Below, in pieces: positions 1 to 11,799 of a stretch of 64,000 nucleotides of DNA. Within the stretch, counting starts at the first letter, position 1; each line of letters starts with the position of its first letter. A program made the position numbers and the translations under genes. Source of the DNA: Patescibacteria group bacterium (GTDB taxonomy: Bacteria > Patescibacteriota > Minisyncoccia > Minisyncoccales > UBA10102). The stretch lies in contig JANBVJ010000001.1 in NCBI GenBank assembly GCA_024239055.1, positions 1,277-65,276 on the forward strand, given 5' to 3'. Under the pieces are notes generated by a model. It saw only the letters and a list, made by a program, of their open reading frames with translations, was not told the origin of the DNA and ran no database searches.

Positions 1-182
1 ACAACGACGAAGGAGCTACAGCTGAAGATGATATAGAGGGAGACATTACAGCTAATATTGTAACTGTATCTACAGTAGATACCTCTACAATAGGAAGCTA
101 CACTGTAACCTATAATGTTAGTGATGCGGCTGGGAACGCAGCTATAGAGGTAACTAGAGTGATAAATGTTGTTGACTTATAG
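1..182 (+). CDS. 3' end of a CDS entering from upstream; C-terminal bacterial Ig-like (DUF5011/HYR-type) surface-protein domain
   Basis: Frame 3 is open from the window edge to TAG at 180-182. The tail ...[33 protein letters not shown] has the GxYxVTYxxxDxxGN signature of DUF5011-type Ig-like domains. Confidence 0.5.
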   Translation, partial: NDEGATAEDDIEGDITANIVTVSTVDTSTIGSYTVTYNVSDAAGNAAIEVTRVINVVDL

Positions 183-274
183 AAATTATTAAATCCGGAT
201 AATAAAGATGTACAAACAAGATTGAACAAGTTAATTAAGTAAGGTAAAATAATAAGCATAATAAATACATACAT

Positions 275-2653
275 ATGAAGATTTCACTTCAATCTGTAAC
301 GTCTGAAGGTGCATTGGATCGTCTTTCAAAGGTAGCATTATCCATTCTTGCGTTCTTAATTCCTCTTTGGGTCCTGCCCTTTACCCAGAACATGATAGCG
401 TATCAAAAGCAGACTCTTTTAGTAGTATTTGTTGTTTTGGCCTTAATTGCATGGTTGGCGAAAGCCATGAATCAAGGAGAGTTTAGTATACGTTTAAGTT
501 GGCTGCACATACCAGTTGGTATATTGGTGGGAATAGTAGGTCTTTCTGCTATATTCTCACGTTGGTCTTATGCAAGCTTCTGGGGATTTCCTCTAGATGT
601 TTCAGAATCCTTTATAACAGTTCTAGCTTTTGGTATTTTATATATTTTAATTTCCAATACCATTGAGGATGCCAAGCACTTAGTAAAGTTTTTCTTTCTT
701 TTTGTACTTTCAGGAGTATTGGCAGGGATTGTGGCACTTTTACAGTTAAAAGGAATCTTTCTTCCATTTGGTTTTGCCCAATCAGCAGCTTTCAATACTA
801 TAGGCTCACCCAATAGTATTGCTATTATAGCTTCTATTCTTCTCCCACTAGCACTTGTACTCGCATTTGTCTCTCGTTTACTGCAGAGATGGTTTCTCTG
901 GACAATTGTTCTTGCTCTTTTTGTTGTAATAGCCTTTATTAATTTCTCTACAGCTTGGATTACATTAATGGCGGGACTTCTGGTGCTTTTGGCATTTGGA
1001 ATGTTGAATATGCGAAAGAAGGCAGAGTTTGGCTGGATTTCCTTCCCCATGGCATTTATTGTTCTTGCGTTATTCTTTCTTGTCTTTCGAATTTCCATAC
1101 CAGGAGCTCCAACAGTGCCCATTGAGGTCTCTCCTTCACAAGGTGGGGAGTTTGAGATTGTCAGGGAGGTTATTTCCAGGAGTCCCATTCTTGGATCGGG
1201 TCCCGGAACATTTGTCTTAGATTATTCTTCTTACCATTCACCTCTTTTGAACCAGACGATATTTTGGGGAACTAGATTTGGTTCTGGAGCTTCAGAAGTT
1301 CTTGATTGGACGGCAACTAAAGGAATACTAGGACTTTTATCATTACTTTCTCTAATGGGTATGGGTTTATATCTTTCCATACGTCATCTCCTGCGCTTTG
1401 GGGTAGAAGAGGATAAAAAAGAATCTTCACCAGAACAACACTTTTCTTGGATGGTAGGACTTGGACTGCTGGCTTCCTTCTCAGCTCTTGTTATATCTCA
1501 ATTTTTGTATCCTTCTAACTTTGTAATATGGTTTCTCTTCTGGGCTTTGCTTGGAGGGTTGGTTGTGGTTACCTCAAAGACCACAAAGAAGTTTTCAGTA
1601 GCTCCTCCTTCTCTGCTCGCCCCAGCACTATCCTTTGTATTCTTGCTGGTTCTCATCTTTGGACTTGGCCTATTCTTTATCGGAGGTCAAAAGTATGCAG
1701 CTGAAGTGCAGTACCTCAAAGGCGTTAGAGCTTCTTCTCAGGGAGACTTAGACGGTGCTATTGCAAAAGCTGTTTCTGCAGTACAGCTCAACAGTTCCAT
1801 TGATATTTACTGGAGAGACTTATCTCAGTTATATCTAGCTCGTGTGAATGAAATTAGCACAAGAGAGGGATTGAGTGATGAAGAAAAGCAGCAGCTTCAG
1901 ATTACAGCTGCTTCAAACTCAATAGCTTCCGCTCAAAGAGCCGTACAGGTGGCTCCAGAAAACGTAGCTAACTGGAATGTTCAGGGATTCATCTACCGAA
2001 ACTTCATTGGTTTAGAGGGAGCTGAATCCTTTGCTATAGCTTCTTATGAAAAAGTAGGGGAGCTTGAACCCGCTTCTCCATTCAGCTATACCGAGCTTGG
2101 ACGCGTATATGTTCTTCAGGCCCAACGCTTGGCTAATCAATCAGAGTTTGCAGATCAGAAAGAGGAAGCTCTGGATAAGGCATTGGAGAATTTGCAAAAA
2201 GCAATTGACTTGAAGGCAGACTACTCAGCTGCGTACTTTCTTATTGCCGCGGTTTACGAACAGAGAGGGGAGTCGGCTGAAGCCATTGCAAAACTTGAGG
2301 AAGCACGTGGTATTTCGCCAAATGACCTAGAGCTCGCCTTCCAGTTGGCTGTTATGTATAGACAAAGAAATCAGCTTACAAAGGCGCAGGAAGAACTGGA
2401 GCGCGCAAAACGTATCAATCCAAATCACTCAAACACCAGATATCTCTTGGGACTTGTGTATGATGACAAAGGTGAGACAGCAAAGGCAGTTACTGAGTTT
2501 GAGGCTGTATCTCAACTAAACCCGGGTAACGCGCAGTTAGAGCAGATACTATCCAACTTGAGGGCAGGGAACAGCGCTCTTGAGGGTATTAGTACGGTCC
2601 AGGCTCCTATTGAAGAGACTCCACCTGAAATTGAGGAGATTGAAGAGGAGTAA
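275..2653 (+). CDS. Polytopic membrane protein, O-antigen ligase (Wzy_C)-like, with C-terminal TPR repeats
   Basis: 792-aa ORF. The N-terminal ~470 aa are many hydrophobic helices with a SPILGSGPGTF loop typical of O-antigen-ligase-like proteins. The C-terminal ~300 aa are TPR-like repeats (e.g. AYFLIAAVYEQRGESAEAIAKLEEA, RYLLGLVYDDKGETAKAVTEFEAV). Confidence 0.7.
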   Translation: MKISLQSVTSEGALDRLSKVALSILAFLIPLWVLPFTQNMIAYQKQTLLVVFVVLALIAWLAKAMNQGEFSIRLSWLHIPVGILVGIVGLSAIFSRWSYASFWGFPLDVSESFITVLAFGILYILISNTIEDAKHLVKFFFLFVLSGVLAGIVALLQLKGIFLPFGFAQSAAFNTIGSPNSIAIIASILLPLALVLAFVSRLLQRWFLWTIVLALFVVIAFINFSTAWITLMAGLLVLLAFGMLNMRKKAEFGWISFPMAFIVLALFFLVFRISIPGAPTVPIEVSPSQGGEFEIVREVISRSPILGSGPGTFVLDYSSYHSPLLNQTIFWGTRFGSGASEVLDWTATKGILGLLSLLSLMGMGLYLSIRHLLRFGVEEDKKESSPEQHFSWMVGLGLLASFSALVISQFLYPSNFVIWFLFWALLGGLVVVTSKTTKKFSVAPPSLLAPALSFVFLLVLIFGLGLFFIGGQKYAAEVQYLKGVRASSQGDLDGAIAKAVSAVQLNSSIDIYWRDLSQLYLARVNEISTREGLSDEEKQQLQITAASNSIASAQRAVQVAPENVANWNVQGFIYRNFIGLEGAESFAIASYEKVGELEPASPFSYTELGRVYVLQAQRLANQSEFADQKEEALDKALENLQKAIDLKADYSAAYFLIAAVYEQRGESAEAIAKLEEARGISPNDLELAFQLAVMYRQRNQLTKAQEELERAKRINPNHSNTRYLLGLVYDDKGETAKAVTEFEAVSQLNPGNAQLEQILSNLRAGNSALEGISTVQAPIEETPPEIEEIEEE

Positions 2654-2822
2654 TTGCTTGACACTATTTCTTAGATAATGTAGGATATACGTTAGTTTGT
2701 ATATATACCTTTTTCAGTAAGCTATTATATTTTGCTTACCTCTGATCATCCCAACAATTAATATTTTCATTATGCAGGACCCTCCTGCTTTGTAAGGGTA
2801 TTTTTCGTTTGCAAATCACTAA

Positions 2823-5800
2823 ATGCCTTCTTCTCCTCATATAATTAAGCATTTTGGGCACTCTAAAGTTTCTTTAGAACTGCCTTACCTGTTATCTCTC
2901 CAGCATAGCTCTTGGAAGAGGTTTTTGGAACAAGATTTAAAAGATCTTCTTTCTGAGGTGTCTCCCATAACTGATTATACAAAAAAAGAGTTTGAGTTGT
3001 GGTTTGACTCCTATTCCATGGGAGAGCCAAACTACTTAAACGAGTTTGAGGCAAAGAATAACTTAGATTCATATGAGGCGCCCCTGCGCGTGCAGGTGCG
3101 TCTTATTAATTTGGTGACAAAAGAAATAAAGACGCAAGAGGTCTTTTTGACAGATTTTCCTTTAATGACAGAGAGAGGTACATTTATTGTAAATGGAGTG
3201 GAGCGTGTTGCAATTTCGCAACTCATTCGATCTCCCGGTGTATTCTTTACCTCTCAGATAAATGGAGGGAAGCAGTTGTTTGGTGCCAAAGTAATTCCAA
3301 ACAGAGGCGCATGGCTTGAACTTGAGACTGAATCTTCAGGTTCCATAGCAGTTCGTATTGATAGAAAGAGAAAGGCGCCAGCTACCATATTACTTAAAGC
3401 ATTTGGAGTGGAATCGGTCGAGAAGATGGCAAAGCTCTTTTCTGACGTAGATACAGGTGAGATTAAATATATTGAGGAAACATTAAAGAAAGACGGAACA
3501 AAGAACCAGCAGGAGGCTTTAGTTGAGATTTATAGAAGGCTGCGTCCTGGTGACTATGGAACTCCAGATACCGCAAAAGAGCTTATTGAGAATATGTTCT
3601 TTAACTTTGAGAGGTATGACCTTTCGCGAGTAGGTAGATGGAAGACATGGCAGCGCCTCCCGGCCCTGCGGCCAAAGAAGGAAAAGACAATTACGGTGCA
3701 GGATAGAGTTTTGACTCTAGAAGACGTTGTCGAGACCATTCGCGAGATAATTCGCTTGAATAATACTCCAGGGGCGGTGCCAGACCAAATAGACCATCTT
3801 GGAAACAGAAGGGTGAGAACCTTTACTGAATTTTTGCAGAACCGCATGCGTGTCGGCTTTATGCGAATGGAACGTATTATAAAAGACAGAATGTCCACGC
3901 TAGACCCCGGAACCATAACGCCTTCTCAACTTGTTAACCCAAGACCTGTAATGGCAATGGTAAAGGAGTTCTTCACCTCTTCTCAGATTACCCAGTTTAT
4001 GGATAATGAAAATCCTTTGGCAGAACTTGAGCACAAGCGCAGAGTTTCGGCTACGGGACCGGGAGGACTGACAAGAGAACGCGCGGGATTTGAGGTACGA
4101 GACGTACAACCCTCCCACTACGGAAGAATCTGTCCTATTCAGACACCAGAAGGACCAAATATTGGATTAGTAGGTCATCTGGCCTCATACGCAAGAGTGA
4201 ATGACTATGGGTTTATTGAGACTCCATACTTTAAGGTGGAGAAGGGAAAGGTTACAAGACAGCTTCGCTATCTTACCGCTTACGAAGAGGAACAGTATGT
4301 TATAGCGCATGCTGGAGTTGAGGTTGATTCGTCTTCCCGCATTGTACCCAGCCGTGTTGAGTCACGGGTAAAGGGAGAACCAGAGTTAGCCGACAGGAAT
4401 CAGGTGGACTTTATTGATGTGTCTTCTATTCAGTCAATCTCTATGGCTACGGCTTTAATTCCATTTTTGAGAAATGACGACGCAAACAGAGCCTTGATGG
4501 GATCAAACATGCAGCGTCAGGCAGTTCCTCTTTTAAGACCTCAGGCTCCGCTTGTTGGTACGGGATTGGAAGAGCAGGTTGCAAGGGATTCGGGTCTTGC
4601 AATTGTTGCTTCGCAAGATGGTGAGATTGTGGAGGTTGACGCAGACCATATTGTTTTAAAACCAAAGGGAGCTAAAAAGAATATTACTTATAATCTTCGG
4701 GTGTTTTCCAGAACTAACCAGTACACTGCCTTTCATCAGAGGTCAATTGTAGAAAAGGGTGAAAAGGTAAAGAAGGGAGATATATTAGCTGACGGAGGCG
4801 CCATTGACCGTGGTCGTCTTGCCTTGGGAACAAATCTTTTAGTTGCTTTCATGTCTTGGCGCGGAGGAAACTTTGAAGATGCCATTATTTTATCGGAACG
4901 CTTAGTGAAAAATGATGTTTATACCTCAGTTCACTTAGAAGACTTTACGTGTGACGTAAGAGAAACAAAGCTCGGTCCTGAGGTTACCACTCCTGATATT
5001 CCAAACGTTGGTGAGGAGAAATTAAGAGATTTGGATGAGGAAGGAATTGTGCGTGTTGGTGCTGAACTCGGACCAAATGATATTCTTGTGGGGAAAATAT
5101 CTCCTAAGGGTGAGGCAGACCTTACTCCAGAGGAACGTTTACTAAGAGCCATCTTTGGCGAGAAGGCAAGGGATGTGAAAGATACGTCTTTGCAGATGCC
5201 TCATGGAAAGCGCGGGCGTGTAGTAAAAGTAAAGGTATTTTCAAGAGAGGAGGGGCATAAGTTGGACCCCGGTGTCATAAAGAGAATCCACATTGAGGTG
5301 GCGCAGTTAAGAAAAGCGCAGCCCGGAGACAAGTTAGCTGGAAGACACGGAAACAAAGGAGTGGTTTCTATGGTTTTGCCAGAAGAGGAGATGCCGTTTT
5401 TGGAGGATGGAACCCCAGTAGATATTGTTTTAAATCCTATGGGAGTTGCTTCCCGTATGAATATTGGACAGATTTTAGAGACACATTTGGGTTGGGCGGC
5501 AAAAGAGCTTGGATATCTGGCTGCCACACCAGGACTTACCGGAGCTATGGAAGAGGATATTAAGGTAGAACTCAAAAAAGCAGGACTTCCAGAAGACGGA
5601 AAGATTACTTTATATGATGGCCGTGACGGAAAGGCATTTCCTGAGAAGATTACCGTGGGCTACATATATATGATGAAGTTAATTCATATGGTGGAGGATA
5701 AGATACACATGCGCTCCATTGGCCCTTATTCTTTGATTACACAACAGCCATTAGGTGGAAAGGCTCAGTTTGGAGGACAGCGCTTTGGTGAGATGGAAGT

Positions 5801-6056
5801 ATGGGCTTTAGAAGGATATGGAGCGGCCTTTACCCTGCAAGAGATGCTTACTATTAAGTCAGATGATGTACCAGGAAGGGCTTCTACCTATGAATCAATC
5901 TTAAAAGGGAAGCCAATACAGACTCCGAATCTTCCGGCATCCTTTAATTTGTTATTGAATGAGCTACGCTCACTTTCGCTAGATGTTGAGATAAAGGAGC
6001 GTGCAGGGGCTCGAGTAAGAAGAGAACGAGAAGAAAAAGAAGCTGACAAAAAATAA
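2823..6056 (+). CDS. rpoB: DNA-directed RNA polymerase subunit beta
   Basis: 1077-aa ORF with canonical RpoB blocks ([70 protein letters not shown]). Confidence 0.97.
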   Translation: MPSSPHIIKHFGHSKVSLELPYLLSLQHSSWKRFLEQDLKDLLSEVSPITDYTKKEFELWFDSYSMGEPNYLNEFEAKNNLDSYEAPLRVQVRLINLVTKEIKTQEVFLTDFPLMTERGTFIVNGVERVAISQLIRSPGVFFTSQINGGKQLFGAKVIPNRGAWLELETESSGSIAVRIDRKRKAPATILLKAFGVESVEKMAKLFSDVDTGEIKYIEETLKKDGTKNQQEALVEIYRRLRPGDYGTPDTAKELIENMFFNFERYDLSRVGRWKTWQRLPALRPKKEKTITVQDRVLTLEDVVETIREIIRLNNTPGAVPDQIDHLGNRRVRTFTEFLQNRMRVGFMRMERIIKDRMSTLDPGTITPSQLVNPRPVMAMVKEFFTSSQITQFMDNENPLAELEHKRRVSATGPGGLTRERAGFEVRDVQPSHYGRICPIQTPEGPNIGLVGHLASYARVNDYGFIETPYFKVEKGKVTRQLRYLTAYEEEQYVIAHAGVEVDSSSRIVPSRVESRVKGEPELADRNQVDFIDVSSIQSISMATALIPFLRNDDANRALMGSNMQRQAVPLLRPQAPLVGTGLEEQVARDSGLAIVASQDGEIVEVDADHIVLKPKGAKKNITYNLRVFSRTNQYTAFHQRSIVEKGEKVKKGDILADGGAIDRGRLALGTNLLVAFMSWRGGNFEDAIILSERLVKNDVYTSVHLEDFTCDVRETKLGPEVTTPDIPNVGEEKLRDLDEEGIVRVGAELGPNDILVGKISPKGEADLTPEERLLRAIFGEKARDVKDTSLQMPHGKRGRVVKVKVFSREEGHKLDPGVIKRIHIEVAQLRKAQPGDKLAGRHGNKGVVSMVLPEEEMPFLEDGTPVDIVLNPMGVASRMNIGQILETHLGWAAKELGYLAATPGLTGAMEEDIKVELKKAGLPEDGKITLYDGRDGKAFPEKITVGYIYMMKLIHMVEDKIHMRSIGPYSLITQQPLGGKAQFGGQRFGEMEVWALEGYGAAFTLQEMLTIKSDDVPGRASTYESILKGKPIQTPNLPASFNLLLNELRSLSLDVEIKERAGARVRREREEKEADKK

Positions 6057-9000
6057 TGAAAGTTGTAGATTTAGAAGCCATACGAATAAAGATTGCTTCC
6101 CCAGATGTTATTCTGAGTTGGTCTCATGGGGAGGTTGTGAAACCCGAAACCATTAATTACCGTACTCAGAAGGCTGAGAAGGATGGGTTATTTGACGAGC
6201 GTATTTTTGGTCCAGAAAAGGACTTTGAGTGCTATTGCGGCAAGTACCGGAGAATACGCTACAAGGGTGTTATTTGTGACAAGTGTGGAGTGGAGGTTAC
6301 CAAGTCCTCTGTGAGGCGTGAGCGTATGGCGCACATTAAGCTGGCTGTTCCATGTTCCCACATCTGGTTTTTGAGAGGAGTGCCAAGTCGTATTGGTATG
6401 ATTTTGAATGTGCCGTCCCAGGCCTTGGAACGCGTAATTTATTTTGCAGCCTATATTGTCACTAGTGTGGACGAAAAGGCAAAAGCAAAGGCATTAGAAG
6501 AGATTGAAAAAGAGCAAAAGACCAAGTCCCGCGGCAAGGATGATGAAACCAAAAAGACCCTAAAAGAAGCTACTTCACGGGCAAAGGATGAGCTTAAATC
6601 TTTAGAGTTTAAACGCATATTATCTGAAGTTGAGTATCAGCAGTTGGCAATGAAGTATCCTGAGGTATTTGAGGCTGGAACAGGGGGTGAAATACTTCGT
6701 GGGTTGGCTGAACAGGTAGATATGAAAAAAGAGATACAAACAGCAAAAACAGATCTTTCAAATGCAACCCCACAGAACAGAAAGAAGGCCGCAGCCCGTC
6801 TTCGTCTCTTTCAAGGTATGCACGAGGCAGGATTGCGTCCTGAGTGGATGTTTCTTACTGTTTTACCTATACTCCCGCCAGACTTGAGACCTATGGTGCA
6901 GTTGGACGGCGGCAGATATGCTTCTTCTGACTTAAATGATTTGTATCGGCGTGTCATTAACAGGAATAACAGATTAAAGTACCTGCTTGATATTTCAGCT
7001 CCAGACGTCATCGTGAGAAATGAAAAGCGAATGCTCCAGGAGTCGGTAGACGCTTTAATTGACAACACCATGAGAAAGGGAACCATGACCCAAGCTACAA
7101 CAGGTGGAAGACGTCTCTTAAAGTCATTAGCTGATATGTTAAAGGGAAAGCAGGGAAGATTCCGTCAAAATCTTCTTGGAAAGCGAGTGGATTACTCAGG
7201 AAGGTCTGTTATTGTAGTTGGGCCTCAGTTAAAGCTTGATCAGTGCGGACTTCCAAAGAGAATGGCTTTGGAGCTATTTAAACCATTTGTCATTCAAAAA
7301 GTATTAGAAAAGGAATTCGCATATAATGTTCGGGGCGCCACCCGCTTAATTGACCAGGAGACAGATGAAATCTGGGAGATTTTAGAAGAGGTGGTGCAGG
7401 ATAAGCTCGTATTATTGAATAGAGCTCCTACGCTTCACCGTCTTGGAATTCAGGCTTTCTTTCCTTTATTGATTGAAGGGGAGGCAATACAGTTGCATCC
7501 ATTGGTTTGCCTTGCGTTTAACGCTGACTTTGATGGTGACCAGATGGCAGTTCATGTTCCTTTGTCAAAAGAGGCGCAAACTGAAGCAAAAGAGTTAATG
7601 CTTTCTTCCGTAAATCTATTAAAACCAGCTACAGGAACTCCTGTTGTGCCACCAAGACAAGATATGGTACTCGGATGTTACTATCTTACGGGATTGGATG
7701 CTCCTGATAAGAAAAAGAAAAAGGCCTTTAGTTCTGCCGCAGAAGCCATTATGGCAGAAGAACACGGAGTTGTTGGTTTAAGACAGTTCGTCTTAGTGCG
7801 CCATGGAGATAAATTGATAGAGACAACAGTCGGACGCATTATCTTTAACGAATCTTTGCCAGAGGATATCGCCTTTATTAATGAGCAGATGTCAGCTAAA
7901 TCTCTGGAACAGCTGACCGCCGACATGATTATTCGCTATTCTAACGCAGAGGTGCAGGAGACCTTAGATAAGATTAAGACTTTGGGCTTTGAGTATTCTA
8001 CGAAGTCGGGAGTTTCCTGGGGTATGGATGATCTTGTTGTGCCTAGTCAAAAGCCACAGATTATGGAAGACGCAGAAAAAGAGATTCAGACCGTAGATAT
8101 GCACTTTAAAAGAGGTCTGCTTTCAAAAGAAGAACATTCAGCCCGTGTTATTGAGATATGGCAGCGTGTTAAGTCAGAGATTGAAAAATTAGTCCCAGAA
8201 GCCCTTCCTAAAGGAGGTTCGGTTTTCTCTATTATTGATTCTGGAGCCCGTGGTTCCTGGTCCCAACCAGTACAGATGGCAGGGATGAAGGGTCTGGTGA
8301 TTAACCCTGCTGGTCGCATTATGGAACTTCCCGTTAAGTCTTCGTTTAAGGAGGGATTTGACGTGCTGGAGTACTTTATCTCAACTCACGGAGCCAGAAA
8401 AGGAACGGCTGATACCGCACTGAGAACATCCACAGCAGGATATTTAACAAGACGTTTGGTAGATGTTTCCCATGATGTTCTTATTACAGAGAAGGATTGC
8501 AAGGAGACAAAAGGGTTTATTATAACGAAGGATGATGCTGCAGATCTTGGTCAATCCCTATCTTTGAAGATTGCAGGACGCGTGGTAAGGGAAGCTGTTG
8601 GAAAGCACGTGAAAAAGGGTGAGGTGATTGACTGGGATACGGCAAAGGAGATTTCAGACGACGAAAAAATAACAGAGGTGCATATTCGTTCCCCTCTTGC
8701 CTGCAAATCCTTTCGAGGGTTATGTCAGAGGTGCTATGGTTGGGATTTGGGTATGAATGATATGGTAGAACTTGGATCTGCAGTTGGAATTGTGGCAGCT
8801 CAATCCATTGGAGAGCCCGGTACACAGCTCACAATGAGAACCTTCCATACTGGAGGAGTTGCTGGAGGTGGAGACATTACTCAGGGTCTTCCGCGTGTTG
8901 AGGAGATTTTTGAAGGACGTGTTCCAGGGGGTAAGGCCGTTATGGCAGAGGTGGATGGCGTTGTTATAGATATAACTCCAGATAATACAATTGCAATACA

Positions 9001-9574
9001 GCCAAAAGGAAAAACAAGCAAAAAAGACATTATTGAGTATGTCATTCCAGTATCTCGTTCCCTGTGGGTGAAAAAGGGCAGCAGCATTCAGAAAGGCCAG
9101 CAGCTGTGTGAGGGAAACATGGATCTTAAGGAACTCTTTGAGGCTACGGGAGCTGAAACAACCCAGCAGTATATTGTCAGGGAGATTCAGAGAATCTATA
9201 CTTCCCAAGGAGCCTCCATTCATGACAAACATATTGAGGTTATTACCCGTCAGATGTTCTCTAGAGTGAAAATTATAGATCAGGGAGACAGCAGATTTTC
9301 AGAGAGTGAGGTTGCTGAGCTCTCCACGCTTCTAGAAGAAAATGATAGATTAAAAAAGGCAAAGAAAAAGCCAGCAACTTTTGCGCAAACTCTCCTTGGT
9401 GTTTCACGGGTAGCTTTAACAACAGACTCTTTCCTTTCGGCGGCTTCCTTCCAGGAGACCTCTCGTGTTCTTATCCGAGCTGCACTTGAAGGCAGGGAAG
9501 ATAGACTGCGGGGGTTAAAGGAAAATGTTATTATTGGCAAGCTAATTCCAGCGGGAACCGGCTTTCAGAAATAG
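6056..9574 (+). CDS. rpoC: DNA-directed RNA polymerase subunit beta'
   Basis: 1172-aa ORF with the zinc motif CYCGKYRRIRYKGVICDKCGVEV and the catalytic NADFDGDQMAVH. Its start overlaps the rpoB stop (TAATG), suggesting translational coupling. Confidence 0.97.
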   Translation: MKVVDLEAIRIKIASPDVILSWSHGEVVKPETINYRTQKAEKDGLFDERIFGPEKDFECYCGKYRRIRYKGVICDKCGVEVTKSSVRRERMAHIKLAVPCSHIWFLRGVPSRIGMILNVPSQALERVIYFAAYIVTSVDEKAKAKALEEIEKEQKTKSRGKDDETKKTLKEATSRAKDELKSLEFKRILSEVEYQQLAMKYPEVFEAGTGGEILRGLAEQVDMKKEIQTAKTDLSNATPQNRKKAAARLRLFQGMHEAGLRPEWMFLTVLPILPPDLRPMVQLDGGRYASSDLNDLYRRVINRNNRLKYLLDISAPDVIVRNEKRMLQESVDALIDNTMRKGTMTQATTGGRRLLKSLADMLKGKQGRFRQNLLGKRVDYSGRSVIVVGPQLKLDQCGLPKRMALELFKPFVIQKVLEKEFAYNVRGATRLIDQETDEIWEILEEVVQDKLVLLNRAPTLHRLGIQAFFPLLIEGEAIQLHPLVCLAFNADFDGDQMAVHVPLSKEAQTEAKELMLSSVNLLKPATGTPVVPPRQDMVLGCYYLTGLDAPDKKKKKAFSSAAEAIMAEEHGVVGLRQFVLVRHGDKLIETTVGRIIFNESLPEDIAFINEQMSAKSLEQLTADMIIRYSNAEVQETLDKIKTLGFEYSTKSGVSWGMDDLVVPSQKPQIMEDAEKEIQTVDMHFKRGLLSKEEHSARVIEIWQRVKSEIEKLVPEALPKGGSVFSIIDSGARGSWSQPVQMAGMKGLVINPAGRIMELPVKSSFKEGFDVLEYFISTHGARKGTADTALRTSTAGYLTRRLVDVSHDVLITEKDCKETKGFIITKDDAADLGQSLSLKIAGRVVREAVGKHVKKGEVIDWDTAKEISDDEKITEVHIRSPLACKSFRGLCQRCYGWDLGMNDMVELGSAVGIVAAQSIGEPGTQLTMRTFHTGGVAGGGDITQGLPRVEEIFEGRVPGGKAVMAEVDGVVIDITPDNTIAIQPKGKTSKKDIIEYVIPVSRSLWVKKGSSIQKGQQLCEGNMDLKELFEATGAETTQQYIVREIQRIYTSQGASIHDKHIEVITRQMFSRVKIIDQGDSRFSESEVAELSTLLEENDRLKKAKKKPATFAQTLLGVSRVALTTDSFLSAASFQETSRVLIRAALEGREDRLRGLKENVIIGKLIPAGTGFQK

Positions 9575-9598
9575 ACATCATCGTGTTATACTAAAGTC

Positions 9599-11773
9599 GT
9601 GGCACGACGTAAATCTATAATAAAACCAGTGTCTAGAACCCAAAAAAAGGGAAGGTTTTCTATCCCAGAGAACGCAAAACGCTGGATTTGGGGTGTGGTG
9701 ATGCTAACTATAGCTGTCATCTTTCTTTTTGCCTTTATTGATAAAGGAGGAAGTGCAGGAGCCGTATTTTTTGATATAAGCCGTGCTTTGGCAGGAAAGA
9801 TTGTATATATCTTTCCACTCTTTGCTCTTTTAACCGGGCTTGTTCTTTTTTCTATGGAGCGATATGGAAAGCTTCTGCCATTCTTAGCTTTATTTTTGTT
9901 TTTGCTAGGCAGTACGGGCATGGCAGCAGTATTTGCAAGGAATGCTGAGGTAGATATTCTTTTGTACGGTGGATGGATTGGATATTTGGTTTCCTGGCCT
10001 CTATTTTCTGCTTTCGGATTCTGGGTGGGAATAATTATTACCTTTGCTATTATGGCGGTAGGAGCTGTTTTATTCTGGCAGGTTCTTCCTCATCCAAGAG
10101 AACGCGATGCTTTTTCCAACACTGCTGCAGACAAGGTAAAAAAGATATTTGAACCAAAGTTTGAGGTAAGGGATGTAGAGGAAACAACGGTTTCTGAACC
10201 TATTTCTGTAGAGACAGATACCAAAGAAGGTAAAAAAGAACTAGAATCTGTTCCAATTCCACTAGCTTTACTAAGTACGTATAAAACTCCGAGTATAGAA
10301 CTATTGGGAGGAGATGGTTCAGTCCCTAACGCAGGAGATATTAAGATGTACTCTTCTGTTATTAAAAAGACGCTGCAGAACTTTGATATCCCAGTGGAAA
10401 TATCTGAGGTAAATATTGGACCTGCCGTTACGCAGTATGCTTTTAAACCAGCGGAAGGTATTAAGTTATCCCGTATCATAGCTTTACAGAATGATCTTGC
10501 TCTTTCTCTAGCTGCCCATCCCATTCGTATTGAAGCGCCCATACCGGGAAGATCTCTGGTTGGCATTGAGATTCCAAACAAGGTAAGGGCTACTGTAAGC
10601 CTGAGAAGTTTACTTGAAAATCCTGAGTTTAACTCTGGATCTTCTGTTCTTCCTATAGCTTTGGGTAAGGATGTTTCTGGGCGTCCAATTTTTGCTGATT
10701 TGGCCCGTATGCCCCATATGCTGGTTGCTGGAGCCACAGGGTCTGGAAAGACCATTGCCTTAAATAATATTATTCTAAGTCTAATATACCGTCACGGCCC
10801 GGATTCCTTAAGATTGGTCTTAGTAGATCCAAAGCGCGTAGAGTTTCCTGTGTATAATGACCTTCCGCATCTTTTAACTCCTGTTATCTTAGATACCGAG
10901 CATACCGTGAATATATTGAAGTGGATGATAAAGGAGATGGAAAGGAGATTTAAGCTGTTTTCTGAGGTTCGGGCAAGGGACATTGCTTCTTATCGTGCCA
11001 TGTACACAGAAGAGCTGAAAAAGCATGAAGGCACAAAAGAAGAGGTTGAGATGGAGCAGATACCCTATTTAGTCATTGTTATTGATGAGTTGGCTGACTT
11101 AATGGCATCTCGAGGAAAGGAAATTGAAGCCTTGATTGTGAGATTGGCCCAGATGGCAAGAGCCGTTGGTATACATTTGGTTCTTGCAACTCAGCGTCCA
11201 TCTGTTGAGGTTATTACAGGATTAATTAAAGCCAATATTACGGCTCGCGCGGCTTTTCAGGTAGCTTCTCAGGTTGATTCAAGAACTATTTTGGATATGG
11301 CCGGAGCCGAGAAACTTCTTGGAAGGGGAGATATGTTATTTATATCAACTGAGTATTCAAAGCCAAGACGTATTCAGGGTACCTTTGTTTCAGATAAGGA
11401 TGTAAAGAAGGTAGTAAACTGGATTGCAAAGGAAAATGGTACTGCAGAGGGTCAGCTTGAAGATGATGATCTTTCTTCTTCGGCTGCTGAGTCCCTGGAG
11501 ATGCCATCTGGAATTGCTTCAGAAACCGGAGATGATGATCCTATATATGAAGAGGCGCGTCGTCTGGTGGTGGAGACGAGAAAAGCATCAGCTTCATTTC
11601 TTCAGCGTAGATTAAAACTCGGATATGCAAGAGCCGCTCGTCTACTTGATATAATGGAAGATAGGGGTGTTGTTGGTCCAGCTGACGGGGCGAAACCAAG
11701 GGAGATATATGTTGCAGCTCCAGAACCTGGTTCACAAAAGAGTGATTGGGGGAGTCCTAAACTTGGGGAATAA
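9599..11773 (+). CDS. ftsK: DNA translocase FtsK/SpoIIIE
   Basis: 724-aa ORF with N-terminal TM helices, Walker A GATGSGKT, Walker B VIVIDELADLM, and a C-terminal winged-helix gamma domain (ASASFLQRRLKLGYARAARLLDIMEDRGVVGP). The start codon is GTG. Confidence 0.9.
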   Translation: MARRKSIIKPVSRTQKKGRFSIPENAKRWIWGVVMLTIAVIFLFAFIDKGGSAGAVFFDISRALAGKIVYIFPLFALLTGLVLFSMERYGKLLPFLALFLFLLGSTGMAAVFARNAEVDILLYGGWIGYLVSWPLFSAFGFWVGIIITFAIMAVGAVLFWQVLPHPRERDAFSNTAADKVKKIFEPKFEVRDVEETTVSEPISVETDTKEGKKELESVPIPLALLSTYKTPSIELLGGDGSVPNAGDIKMYSSVIKKTLQNFDIPVEISEVNIGPAVTQYAFKPAEGIKLSRIIALQNDLALSLAAHPIRIEAPIPGRSLVGIEIPNKVRATVSLRSLLENPEFNSGSSVLPIALGKDVSGRPIFADLARMPHMLVAGATGSGKTIALNNIILSLIYRHGPDSLRLVLVDPKRVEFPVYNDLPHLLTPVILDTEHTVNILKWMIKEMERRFKLFSEVRARDIASYRAMYTEELKKHEGTKEEVEMEQIPYLVIVIDELADLMASRGKEIEALIVRLAQMARAVGIHLVLATQRPSVEVITGLIKANITARAAFQVASQVDSRTILDMAGAEKLLGRGDMLFISTEYSKPRRIQGTFVSDKDVKKVVNWIAKENGTAEGQLEDDDLSSSAAESLEMPSGIASETGDDDPIYEEARRLVVETRKASASFLQRRLKLGYARAARLLDIMEDRGVVGPADGAKPREIYVAAPEPGSQKSDWGSPKLGE

Positions 11774-11799
11774 GAGTATATTGATTATAATAAAGGTAT

